37,556 bases of DNA. Origin: a virus. The DNA is taken from IMG/VR virus record IMGVR_UViG_3300030090_005537, positions 1 to 37,556 of that record; one strand, written 5' to 3'. The notes under the pieces are model-generated. The model had not been told where the DNA came from. It did not search any database and was given only the letters and a program-made list of their open reading frames with translations. Of the stretch, positions 1 through 7,090 are shown in pieces (the first letter of the stretch is position 1; each line of letters starts with the position of its first letter). The position numbers and the translations under genes are program-made.

Positions 1-99
1 ATGTTTAACGAACTGCTTGTCTACCCCCTAGAGAATAGGTAAGTTAGAGGTGTATAAGAAGGTTCATTTTTAGAGCCTGAAAAATAGTAGATAAAAACA
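1..99. repeat. 99-bp terminal direct repeat, left copy
   Basis: Bases 1-99 recur exactly at 37458-37556 (compared by eye base for base); unique length between copies is 37457 bp. Confidence 0.95.
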
Positions 100-122
100 C
101 ATAGAAAGGAAGTAGTAGAAAT

Positions 123-623
123 ATGAATAAGGAAATCAGAAACACAGTAGACAGTACAGTATCTAAGATATTGGCTGTAAATGGTTTAAAAGAAAAAAAA
201 GGTCTAAAGATTGCTAAGATTAATGAAACAAGCAATGAGTGGTTAGACTTAGAATTGAAGCTAACTTTAATAGATGATAGCTTAGTAAATGAGGGGCTTG
301 AATATTTTAGAACCGAATTGCAGTCTCTAAGCTTGTTAAAGAATAGCCAAAGCACTCATGATAAAAAAGAACAGTTCAAAGCTAGATTCTTAAAGCTAGG
401 CTTAGAAGCTAGCAAAGATGGTTTAGTCTTCGTTGCTAATGGTACAATCTACAGTTATGACCCGATTAAGCAAAAATGGTGTAAAGTCTCTCTAAACTTT
501 GGTAGTGACTTAACAACTAAAGACAGGGCTAATTTAGAAGTTCTAAACGATGAACAGATGCAAACTCTAATGTATATGACTAAAGACACTAGAGACAAAA
601 AAGCTCTAAAAAAAGCTAAGTAA
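123..623 (+). CDS. hypothetical early protein, 166 aa
   Basis: Long ORF, ATG preceded by purine-rich AAAGGAAG; first rightward gene after the divergent control region; no motif recognised. Confidence 0.8.
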   Translation: MNKEIRNTVDSTVSKILAVNGLKEKKGLKIAKINETSNEWLDLELKLTLIDDSLVNEGLEYFRTELQSLSLLKNSQSTHDKKEQFKARFLKLGLEASKDGLVFVANGTIYSYDPIKQKWCKVSLNFGSDLTTKDRANLEVLNDEQMQTLMYMTKDTRDKKALKKAK

Positions 624-642
624 ATATAGCTAATTAGTTAAA

Positions 643-680
643 GTGCAATAGGTTGGGCGTTTCGCCTAGCCTATCTGCAC
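643..680 (+). other. long imperfect stem-loop (about 17 bp, one bulge, two G-U pairs)
   Basis: gtgcaataggttgggcg-ttt-cgcctagcctatctgcac just after the stop of the first gene; no U-tract follows, so not a textbook terminator. Confidence 0.5.
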
Positions 681-841
681 ATCTAAGAATTTTTGATATA
701 GATTTTTAATAGAAAAATTCTAGCCACGATCTGATGTCTATTAGGAAGCTAGTAGATTATAGTTTCTAGGCTAGAGATGGTTATACTTTGGTAAGAGAAA
801 GAATTTTATATTTTATAACTTATATAAAGGAAGTAATACTT

Positions 842-940
842 ATGGAACTTATATTAACAATACTCTATGATTACTATGTAATAATAATGCTAATAGCAAA
901 TTTATTTCTATTTAGCGATATCTATGGGAGAATACTATAA
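842..940 (+). CDS. micro-protein, 32 aa, hydrophobic (MELILTILYDYYVIIMLIANLFLFSDIYGRIL)
   Basis: ATG 9 nt after AAGGAAG; stop overlaps next start (TAATG); not in ORF track because <60 aa. Confidence 0.55.
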   Translation: MELILTILYDYYVIIMLIANLFLFSDIYGRIL

Positions 941-1110
941 TGGATAAATGTAATAAATGTGAGAAAGGCTATAAGACTATAATAGATGGAGATAGTCTAA
1001 AATGTGAATGCGAGTCTAAAGCTATGCTAGATAATATATTAGAGAGCAATAAATTCTTTAATGAGTTTATAGATGACTTAGTAGGTATAAATAAAAAAGA
1101 TAAGGATTAA
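940..1110 (+). CDS. micro-protein, 56 aa, CxxC...CxC zinc-knuckle-like
   Basis: Hand translation MDKCNKCEKGYKTIIDGDSLKCECESK...; start coupled to previous stop (TAATG). Confidence 0.55.
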   Translation: MDKCNKCEKGYKTIIDGDSLKCECESKAMLDNILESNKFFNEFIDDLVGINKKDKD

Positions 1111-1116
1111 GTAGAT

Positions 1117-1287
1117 ATGACTTATAGAGAGAGAAAGTTATATAATATTAAGAGAGAGCTATATGATATCTGGCTTATAGTATCTAGAATACCAATTCTA
1201 GTATTATTTGCTAGTAGTATAATTAGTGGTATGGCTTTTATACTTTGGGTAATAGCACATCTAGTAAATTGTATACTAGGAGCATAA
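1117..1287 (+). CDS. micro-protein, 56 aa, single-pass membrane peptide
   Basis: MTYRERKLYNIKRELYDIWLIVSRIPILVLFASSIISGMAFILWVIAHLVNCILGA; AAGGA upstream. Confidence 0.55.
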   Translation: MTYRERKLYNIKRELYDIWLIVSRIPILVLFASSIISGMAFILWVIAHLVNCILGA

Positions 1288-1288
1288 T

Positions 1289-1435
1289 ATGAGTATCTAT
1301 AAAAAGCTATCTGAAGCAGATAAAATTAGGCTAATAGAGAAACTAACAGAGCAGAACAATTATTATAGAAAAGAAGTTTCTAGATTAGATTATGATAACA
1401 AGTGGTATAAACAGCAATTATATAATAGAAAGTAA
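1289..1435 (+). CDS. micro-protein, 48 aa
   Basis: ATG 6 nt after AGGAG; MSIYKKLSEADKIRLIEKLTEQNNYYRKEVSRLDYDNKWYKQQLYNRK. Confidence 0.6.
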   Translation: MSIYKKLSEADKIRLIEKLTEQNNYYRKEVSRLDYDNKWYKQQLYNRK

Positions 1436-1504
1436 TTAATAGGAGTATAAATCTGATGACAACAGAATCAACTACAACTTTACTATATGTTAGAACAAGA
1501 TAAA

Positions 1505-1657
1505 ATGTCTTGCCCATATAATACTAGAAAAGAATTAATAGGTTGGCTTGTTAAGTATAAAGGTTATACTAGATACCAAGCAAGTAAATACACTACAAAG
1601 CAGTTATATTTTTTCTATTACAATCCAGAGAAAATATTTACTAGAAAGGATAAGTAG
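1505..1657 (+). CDS. micro-protein, 50 aa
   Basis: Open frame MSCPYNTRKELIGWLVKYKGYTRYQASKYTTKQLYFFYYNPEKIFTRKDK; weak RBS. Confidence 0.4.
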   Translation: MSCPYNTRKELIGWLVKYKGYTRYQASKYTTKQLYFFYYNPEKIFTRKDK

Positions 1658-1661
1658 ATAA

Positions 1662-1877
1662 ATGCCAAGAGATGGAAAACATTATCGTATGACAAAGGGA
1701 GCTTTAACTAGAGATGAATTTATAGAGCAATATGCTAGATATTTAACACTATTTTATATTAATAGCTGGGTAGATGCTAGTAAAAATTGGCACTATGATT
1801 TTCTCTATAATGAATACCTAGAAGCATATAAGTATGATGAAGATGAGTATAATAAATGGCTAAAAAGAAAGGGCTAG
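1662..1877 (+). CDS. hypothetical protein, 71 aa
   Basis: ORF track; AAGGA upstream; packed head-to-tail with neighbours. Confidence 0.75.
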   Translation: MPRDGKHYRMTKGALTRDEFIEQYARYLTLFYINSWVDASKNWHYDFLYNEYLEAYKYDEDEYNKWLKRKG

Positions 1878-1880
1878 AAA

Positions 1881-2033
1881 ATGCAAAAGAGATATAAGAA
1901 ATTAGATAAAATGTATGATAGCCTTTGGAAATTAGTAGATAAAGATAATCTAGATATATATGAATTTAGAAATCAAGTTATAAATAAACTAAATGATGTT
2001 TATATATACGACTTAAGAGAAAAAGGAGAGTAG
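1881..2033 (+). CDS. micro-protein, 50 aa
   Basis: ATG 3 nt after previous stop; MQKRYKKLDKMYDSLWKLVDKDNLDIYEFRNQVINKLNDVYIYDLREKGE; ends 1 nt before next start. Confidence 0.55.
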   Translation: MQKRYKKLDKMYDSLWKLVDKDNLDIYEFRNQVINKLNDVYIYDLREKGE

Positions 2034-2034
2034 A

Positions 2035-2298
2035 ATGAATAAACCTATAGATATAAATGCAGATTGTAAGTTCCTAAAAGACTTAGAAGATAATTCTACT
2101 AGTGTCAATCTAGGAATGTATAATCTAATATGTAGTAAGAGAGATTTACGATTATATTGCAAAGGTATAAAACCACATAGTAGATGGAAAATTTCTGCTG
2201 TGAAACAATACTTTGGAATGAATGGTAATAAACACGACTTATCTAGTAAGCTAGACCTACTATATAATGTTCTAACATCAAATAGAAGGAGGAGCTAG
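2035..2298 (+). CDS. hypothetical protein, 87 aa
   Basis: ORF track; AAAGGAGAG RBS. Confidence 0.8.
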   Translation: MNKPIDINADCKFLKDLEDNSTSVNLGMYNLICSKRDLRLYCKGIKPHSRWKISAVKQYFGMNGNKHDLSSKLDLLYNVLTSNRRRS

Positions 2299-2300
2299 AT

Positions 2301-2444
2301 ATGAAACCACTAGAACAAAAAAGCACTCTTAAATATATCTCTATTAGAATACCTAATACTGATAGAATGCTAAAAATAACTTATATTGGAATATTAACTA
2401 ATAATGATATAGAGATAATAAGGAGTAGATATGGAATCCTATAA
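2301..2444 (+). CDS. micro-protein, 47 aa
   Basis: ATG after strong AGGAGGAG RBS; MKPLEQKSTLKYISIRIPNTDRMLKITYIGILTNNDIEIIRSRYGIL; 3' end overlaps next gene. Confidence 0.6.
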   Translation: MKPLEQKSTLKYISIRIPNTDRMLKITYIGILTNNDIEIIRSRYGIL

Positions 2445-3030
2445 ATGGAGTAAAATGACAGGTAAACTAGAAGGTATACCTGCACTTAATACTGACACTA
2501 CTTCTAATAAGTTCTGTCAGGCAATGTCTAAGAAGAAAGGTACTATCTGTAATGTCTGTTATAGTTGGAATATGCTAAAGACATTTAGAAAGAATGCAGT
2601 ACCTAGATTCAAATCTAATAGTGACTATCTATCATATAAAGTACATGATTATGAGTATCTACCAAAAGTTCCTAGTGTTATTGCTAGGTTTAATGGTCAT
2701 GGAGAACTCATTAATAGAAACCACTTAGAGAATTTATTTCGTATCTGCGAAAACCAACCTGAAACTACCTTTAGCCTATGGACTAAAAAGTATTGGCTAG
2801 TGCATAAGCTACTAGATGAAGGTAGAAAGAAACCACCTAATATAATATTGATATATTCAAATCCCTACCCTGATTTAGAGTCAGAACTTCCTAGAGAATT
2901 TGATAAAGTTTTTAATAATGTAACTAATCCTAATGACACTTCTATTAATTGTGATAGAAAATGCATAGAGTGTTTAATGTGCTATACATTAGGAGATAAG
3001 ACAATCCAAATAGTAGAAGGAGTAAAGTAG
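2431..3030 (+). CDS. Cys-rich hypothetical protein, 199 aa (N-terminal C-x10-C-x2-C, C-terminal C-x3-C-x2-C-x2-C)
   Basis: ORF track; AAGGAG RBS; cysteine clusters FCQAMSKKKGTICNVCY and CDRKCIECLMC suggest metal or Fe-S binding; family not recognised with certainty. Confidence 0.8.
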   Translation: MESYKWSKMTGKLEGIPALNTDTTSNKFCQAMSKKKGTICNVCYSWNMLKTFRKNAVPRFKSNSDYLSYKVHDYEYLPKVPSVIARFNGHGELINRNHLENLFRICENQPETTFSLWTKKYWLVHKLLDEGRKKPPNIILIYSNPYPDLESELPREFDKVFNNVTNPNDTSINCDRKCIECLMCYTLGDKTIQIVEGVK

Positions 3031-3261
3031 ATGAATATAAGAGAAGAGATGTTTAATGCTAAAAAGCATAAGGCAACAACAAAGCCTAGATATGCTAGTA
3101 GGTTTGAGGAAGAGTATAAGCCAGAAGAGAGACATCTTTATAGATACATTAAAGGAGTATATCATCACTCTTTTAATGGTGGTAAAGATTGGCTAGAATG
3201 TAGTTGTGCAAATGGTAGTGCTAGAGAATGTTTAGTAGAAATAGAATTTAATAAACTATAA
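3031..3261 (+). CDS. hypothetical protein, 76 aa
   Basis: ORF track; GAAGGAG RBS; start abuts previous stop. Confidence 0.8.
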   Translation: MNIREEMFNAKKHKATTKPRYASRFEEEYKPEERHLYRYIKGVYHHSFNGGKDWLECSCANGSARECLVEIEFNKL

Positions 3262-3278
3262 TATAAAGGATAAAGTAG

Positions 3279-3371
3279 ATGAGTCAAGAAGAGATAGCAG
3301 GTTATATAGTTCTAGTAGTTCTAGTAACCTGGCTCTATAAATTATTACTAGAAAGGAGTGATGATGCATAA
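3279..3371 (+). CDS. micro-protein, 30 aa, hydrophobic
   Basis: AAAGGA RBS; MSQEEIAGYIVLVVLVTWLYKLLLERSDDA; overlaps next start. Confidence 0.45.
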   Translation: MSQEEIAGYIVLVVLVTWLYKLLLERSDDA

Positions 3372-3663
3372 ACCAAAACCTAGTGTGGAAGAACTAGAGG
3401 GAAGCTTATACTATGCTACAATGTGTAGTATTCAACATAGAGGTTATCCTTGTAATAGTTGCTTTCATACTATAATAGAAGCAGATTATGGACACCTATT
3501 AAAAGAAGATACTCACGAGTATTGGAGAGCAGTGCTATCTTTTAGAGGTGACTATGACGACTTACCTAAAAGGCTAGACCTAATAGAAGAACTCTATAAT
3601 GTAATAGAGGGAGAATACTATAGAAAAGAATATCTAGGTATGGAGGAATTTGAAGATGAGTGA
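3361..3663 (+). CDS. hypothetical acidic protein, about 100 aa
   Basis: ORF track (3358 is GTG); ATG at 3361/3364 follows GAAAGGAG. Confidence 0.8.
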   Translation: MMHKPKPSVEELEGSLYYATMCSIQHRGYPCNSCFHTIIEADYGHLLKEDTHEYWRAVLSFRGDYDDLPKRLDLIEELYNVIEGEYYRKEYLGMEEFEDE

Positions 3664-3781
3664 AGCAATGTATGATTTACTATATATAATAGATAGCCTA
3701 GTTAAAATAGTTATGATGATAGTAGTTATTATTACTTGCTATTGTTATAATAGAAGGGAGATGCGAAATGCCAAGAGATAG
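3656..3781 (+). CDS. micro-protein, 41 aa, membrane peptide
   Basis: MSEAMYDLLYIIDSLVKIVMMIVVIITCYCYNRREMRNAKR; start overlaps previous stop. Confidence 0.45.
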   Translation: MSEAMYDLLYIIDSLVKIVMMIVVIITCYCYNRREMRNAKR

Positions 3782-3923
3782 ATGTGTCTACTGCAAAAGG
3801 TTCTTTAATAATACTAGAGAAGAAGTAGTAGATGATTGGGATAGGTTATGTGAATGGTGTTTATATGATTTCGAGGAAATAGACTATGTATTTCCTAATA
3901 GACAAAGTAGAAAGGAGAAGTAA
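3768..3923 (+). CDS. micro-protein, 51 aa, CxxC...CxxC zinc-ribbon-like
   Basis: MPRDRCVYCKRFFNN...LCEWCLYDF...; AGGGAG upstream; stop abuts next ATG. Confidence 0.55.
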   Translation: MPRDRCVYCKRFFNNTREEVVDDWDRLCEWCLYDFEEIDYVFPNRQSRKEK

Positions 3924-4334
3924 ATGATAGTAGAAGTAAGACAAGAGCATATAGATGAGGGTAAACAAGGTGACCCTTGCTATTGTGCAGTATCTCTAGC
4001 AGTAAAGGAAGCACTAATGCACAAGTATAAATTTAGTGATAGTAATAGTCTAACACATGATGATGGGAAGCTAGAAGTATTGCTAGATGAGAGTTGGGTA
4101 GAAACTGCAATTCAAGGTGCAGGAGCAGAGATTTCTATCTACACTAAAGTATTTAATACTGCTACAAAAAAGATTGATGTAGTAGAGGACTTTATAGTTA
4201 TAGAAGATGAAAGAAGTGTTGGAGTTATGATGAACGATATTGTTCTAGAAGGTTGGATAGAGAACTTTGATACCTTTAATGATTCAGAGCCTATAAGTTT
4301 TAAAGTAGAAGATATACATAGAATGAATAACTAA
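3924..4334 (+). CDS. hypothetical protein, 136 aa
   Basis: ORF track; GAAAGGAG RBS. Confidence 0.85.
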   Translation: MIVEVRQEHIDEGKQGDPCYCAVSLAVKEALMHKYKFSDSNSLTHDDGKLEVLLDESWVETAIQGAGAEISIYTKVFNTATKKIDVVEDFIVIEDERSVGVMMNDIVLEGWIENFDTFNDSEPISFKVEDIHRMNN

Positions 4335-4351
4335 TAAACAAAGAAAGGAGT
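4332..4351 (+). repeat. 20-nt exact direct repeat, copy 1 (TAATAAACAAAGAAAGGAGT)
   Basis: Identical 20-mer at 5257-5276; both span a stop codon plus the RBS of the next gene. Confidence 0.9.
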
Positions 4352-4356
4352 AGTTT

Positions 4357-4620
4357 ATGACTACGAATGAAATAAAGAAAGGAATGAAGATAATAAGTGT
4401 ACAACTAGGTGTGCCTTGTAGTGGTATAATGCTAGATAGTAAGAAAGGTAATACTAGGCTAGTAGATGTTAAAGGTTCTGAAGTAGGTTTCTTTGACGAG
4501 ATGGGTAGTGTCTATGCACACGATATAGTAAAAGTAAAAGTAGATGATGTGTGGGTAGATGTAGAGCATACAGAGAAGCAACTTAAACTAAAAGATAACC
4601 TATCTAGCATAGGCTGGTAG
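4357..4620 (+). CDS. hypothetical protein, 87 aa
   Basis: ORF track; RBS inside the 20-nt repeat. Confidence 0.85.
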   Translation: MTTNEIKKGMKIISVQLGVPCSGIMLDSKKGNTRLVDVKGSEVGFFDEMGSVYAHDIVKVKVDDVWVDVEHTEKQLKLKDNLSSIGW

Positions 4621-4632
4621 AAAGGTGTCTAT

Positions 4633-4695
4633 ATGTGTATAATTGTTGTTTTCTTACTGATTATTGCTCTAGTAATAATGCAGATAGAACTATAA
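4633..4695 (+). CDS. possible 20-aa hydrophobic peptide (MCIIVVFLLIIALVIMQIEL)
   Basis: ATG after AAAGGTG; very short, so low confidence. Confidence 0.3.
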   Translation: MCIIVVFLLIIALVIMQIEL

Positions 4696-4705
4696 CATAG
4701 TTGAA

Positions 4706-4733
4706 ACCTCTCTATTTATTATAGTAGAGAGGT
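4706..4733 (+). terminator. stem-loop ACCTCTCTA / TAGAGAGGT (9 bp, 10-nt loop)
   Basis: Perfect inverted repeat in a 100-nt non-coding gap; no clear U-tract; shares its TAGAGAGG arm with hairpins at 6547, 7690 and 12805. Confidence 0.45.
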
Positions 4734-4796
4734 ATAGGTAAGATGGGAACTTGCCTACTGATGATACTACCCACTTAAAATAGAAAGGAGTTATAT

Positions 4797-5255
4797 ATGC
4801 CTAATTGGTGTGATAACAGATTATCTGTCTCTACTTGGAATAAAGTAGAAGATAAAGATGAAGCTAGAAAACAAATAGAAGAGTTTAGGGATAAGGCTAA
4901 ATTAATAGAAGAAGATGGCACAGAAGCTACTTCTCTATCTTTGAATAAATTATATCCTATGCCTAAAGAGCTAGAGAATACTAAAGGACATACCTATGGA
5001 GATAATTGGTATAGTTGGAGATGTGATAATTGGGGGACTAAGTGGGATATAGATGGTTGCCTAGAGCATGATGAAGAAAATTATCTAGAGTATAGTTTCC
5101 AGAGTGCTTGGAGTCCACCTGTTCTCTTCCTAGAAAAAGTATCTAAAGACTTTCCTCTATTAAGATTCGTACTGAAATACGAAGAAGGTTGGGAGTTTCT
5201 AGGTAGAGCAATAGCTGTTAATGGACAAGTAGACGATGCTTGTCTAGAGTGTTAA
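4797..5255 (+). CDS. hypothetical protein, 152 aa, DUF1281/Api92-like by motif (tentative)
   Basis: ORF track; AAAGGAG RBS; N-terminal MPNWCDNRLSV and central DNWGTKWD resemble, from memory, the DUF1281 family seen on plasmids and phages. Confidence 0.8.
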   Translation: MPNWCDNRLSVSTWNKVEDKDEARKQIEEFRDKAKLIEEDGTEATSLSLNKLYPMPKELENTKGHTYGDNWYSWRCDNWGTKWDIDGCLEHDEENYLEYSFQSAWSPPVLFLEKVSKDFPLLRFVLKYEEGWEFLGRAIAVNGQVDDACLEC

Positions 5256-5256
5256 T

Positions 5257-5276
5257 TAATAAACAAAGAAAGGAGT
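5257..5276 (+). repeat. 20-nt exact direct repeat, copy 2
   Basis: TAATAAACAAAGAAAGGAGT identical to 4332-4351. Confidence 0.9.
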
Positions 5277-5281
5277 CAGTT

Positions 5282-5572
5282 GTGACTAATAGAGAAAAAG
5301 AACATACTAACTATGAGATATATAGATTGATTATGTCTATAGATAGTCAAGAAGAGTTATCTAGTGTTATGGAAACCTTAAAGATAAGGAAGAAAGATTT
5401 AGCTAGAGAGCTAGTATCTAAATTATCCATTGGAGATATTGTGCTAATAGATAATAGAGGTAGAATAGAAAGAGGTACTATTCATAAAGTGAATAGAACT
5501 AGAGCAGTAGTAGACATAGAAGAGAAGGGATATTATGATGTTCCTTTTACTATGATTAGAAAGGAGCAGTAA
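5282..5572 (+). CDS. hypothetical protein, 96 aa (GTG start)
   Basis: ORF track frame 5240-5572; GTG at 5282 sits 6 nt after AAAGGAG, whereas the track start at 5240 has no RBS and overlaps the upstream gene. Confidence 0.7.
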   Translation: MTNREKEHTNYEIYRLIMSIDSQEELSSVMETLKIRKKDLARELVSKLSIGDIVLIDNRGRIERGTIHKVNRTRAVVDIEEKGYYDVPFTMIRKEQ

Positions 5573-5573
5573 T

Positions 5574-5753
5574 ATGAAAGATATAACTAGGTATGAATGG
5601 GAATGTTATAGAGAAGTGCAGAAAAGTGGCTTGTATAATATGCTTACCCCTGATGCTATTAGAGCTTCAGGACTAGACAGAGATACCTACTTTGACATAG
5701 TAAAGAACTATAATACCTACTACGAGAAGTTTGAAGGAGATAGTGATGAGTAA
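5574..5753 (+). CDS. micro-protein, 59 aa
   Basis: AAGGAGCAG RBS; MKDITRYEWECYREVQKSGLYNMLTPDAIRASGLDRDTYFDIVKNYNTYYEKFEGDSDE. Confidence 0.65.
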   Translation: MKDITRYEWECYREVQKSGLYNMLTPDAIRASGLDRDTYFDIVKNYNTYYEKFEGDSDE

Positions 5754-5970
5754 ATGGGATGATTTGTTTACAACTGCTAAAGTAGATATTAGCCCTCTAA
5801 AAACTCCAAAGGTAACTTACAAAGAGTGTATAGAAGCTATAGATTACTTTTTTACAGAAGGATTTATAGATGAGTTGACATCTGATAAAAAGTATTATGC
5901 AAAAATACTGATTAATAAAGTTGCTAGAGGTTACAATCTAAATTTAGATTGGGGAGATAGTGATGACTAA
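5746..5970 (+). CDS. hypothetical protein, 74 aa
   Basis: ORF track frame; ATG at 5746 follows GAAGGAG; overlaps previous stop by 8 nt. Confidence 0.75.
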   Translation: MSKWDDLFTTAKVDISPLKTPKVTYKECIEAIDYFFTEGFIDELTSDKKYYAKILINKVARGYNLNLDWGDSDD

Positions 5971-6172
5971 AGTAGTATGCAAGACACTTATGTGTAATGA
6001 TGGAGTTGTAGGAATAAATGGCTATCAATACCTATTAGATGATGAAGGCTATGCAAAGAGGTTTGATAGTAAAGATAGTGCAGTAAAGTTTCTTCTAGAC
6101 AATGGTGAGGATATAGATTGGATAGAAGAATGGGTAGAGTTTGAAACAATAGAAAAAAGAAAGGAGACATAA
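5963..6172 (+). CDS. hypothetical acidic protein, 69 aa
   Basis: ORF track frame (5960 is GTG); ATG at 5963 after GGGGAG. Confidence 0.75.
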   Translation: MTKVVCKTLMCNDGVVGINGYQYLLDDEGYAKRFDSKDSAVKFLLDNGEDIDWIEEWVEFETIEKRKET

Positions 6173-6173
6173 T

Positions 6174-6521
6174 ATGTCTAACATTAAATCACTAGGTGAG
6201 GAGTTACTTCACCTAACAAGCAAAAGTCATAAACTAGATGAAGCAATTCATCTATTAAAATCTACAGAGAATACTCTAGCAGATGATATAAAAGCATTAA
6301 TAGAAGGTGCAAAGCTAGAGTGTGTAGTAGATGTTAAAAAGATAATGAACTATGTACAAGAGATAGACAGCTATAGATATAATGCAGAAGAGGAACTATC
6401 TAGTTGCCATAGCTATATCGATGATGCTCAAAGTTCTATAGGCTATATGGAAGATGAAATAAATAGCTTAAGAAGGTATCTAGAAGAGTTAAAGTGGGAG
6501 AAGGAGGAAGATAAAGAATAA
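6174..6521 (+). CDS. hypothetical coiled-coil, acidic protein, 115 aa
   Basis: ORF track; AAAGGAG RBS; heptad-like, E/K/L-rich sequence. Confidence 0.85.
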   Translation: MSNIKSLGEELLHLTSKSHKLDEAIHLLKSTENTLADDIKALIEGAKLECVVDVKKIMNYVQEIDSYRYNAEEELSSCHSYIDDAQSSIGYMEDEINSLRRYLEELKWEKEEDKE

Positions 6522-6546
6522 TACTAGTTCCTTTCTAGTAAACCAG

Positions 6547-6588
6547 GATAGGGAGAGGTTTTCTACTGCCTCTCTCTATCTTTTTTTT
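6547..6588 (+). terminator. rho-independent terminator ending the early operon
   Basis: GATAGGGAGAGG-10 nt-CCTCTCTCTATC (12 bp, one G-U) followed directly by T8. Confidence 0.85.
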
Positions 6589-6636
6589 CTATTTGTCATT
6601 TATTTTTTTAATTATGCTGAAAACATGGTGTCTCAA

Positions 6637-6674
6637 TGGTTATATTTTTCATCTCACACATTGGTTATATTTTT
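6637..6674 (+). repeat. 13-bp perfect direct repeat TGGTTATATTTTT x2, starts 25 bp apart
   Basis: Copies at 6637-6649 and 6662-6674, in the 170-nt non-coding region upstream of the recombination module. Confidence 0.85.
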
Positions 6675-6705
6675 TTATTCATATTTTTAAAAAAATGTTT
6701 TGGTA

Positions 6706-6733
6706 TTGTCATTATTTATTTTTAAATTAAAAT
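6706..6733 (+). promoter_or_regulatory. candidate sigma70-type promoter TTGTCA-16 nt-TAAAAT
   Basis: Hexamers at 6706-6711 and 6728-6733, upstream of the RBS (AAGGGG) and ATG 6756; the TTGTCATT..TTTATTTTTAA box also occurs imperfectly at 6593-6613. Confidence 0.3.
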
Positions 6734-6755
6734 GTTCAACAATAAGGGGTTTTTA

Positions 6756-7055
6756 ATGAGTTCAAAATCATTTGATATTGAAAGTATTTACAACGATTAT
6801 ATAAAGTCTCAATCAGAGATTAATAGAAGAGAAATGCTAGAAAAGTACCCAAAAGAGGGTATCAGCTACAGAGCTAGTTCTAGTGGTATGTGTTCTAGGA
6901 AATTATACTATGAGAGTGTAATGAAACTAGAGCCTACAGAGCAAATAGAAGATAAGGTAAGACGAGTGTTTAGGTTAGGAGATTTAGTTCATACTGACAT
7001 TCAACAAGCACTTGTAGAAGCAGTTAAGAGAAAAGAACCAAAAGAGAATATATAA
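6756..7055 (+). CDS. Cas4-like PD-(D/E)XK exonuclease, N-terminal fragment (exon 1?)
   Basis: YRASSSGMCSRKLYYES (N-terminal Fe-S Cys) and RLGDLVHTDIQQAL helix motif; ATG 6756 follows AAGGGG (track start 6732 has no RBS); ends at TAA 7053-7055. Confidence 0.75.
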   Translation: MSSKSFDIESIYNDYIKSQSEINRREMLEKYPKEGISYRASSSGMCSRKLYYESVMKLEPTEQIEDKVRRVFRLGDLVHTDIQQALVEAVKRKEPKENI

Positions 7056-7090
7056 TATATACTATATATATATATATATAATATATATAA
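7047..7090. repeat. (TA)n-rich microsatellite, about 44 bp
   Basis: aatatataatatatactatatatatatatatataatatatataa starting at the last codons and stop of the nuclease N-fragment. Confidence 0.9.

Noticed and set aside
29-43. Shared TAGAGA..ATAGGTAAG word (29-43 and 4725-4742; looser versions near 772 and 7693) as a phage-specific early promoter
   Set aside because: There are only two good copies, the spacing varies, and TAGAG-type words are very common in this arm, so I cannot distinguish it from chance without statistics or 5'-end mapping.
44-355. 103-aa minus-strand ORF at the left end
   Set aside because: It is antisense to the RBS-led 123-623 gene, has low-complexity Leu/Phe/Ser composition typical of a shadow frame in AT-rich DNA, and has no RBS.
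7047-7090. Whether the TA-rich tracts (here and at 36595-36630) are a CRISPR-like array or tandem gene repeats
   Set aside because: These are dinucleotide microsatellites with no repeat-spacer periodicity, so not CRISPR. I cannot exclude that tract length is affected by sequencing or assembly error.
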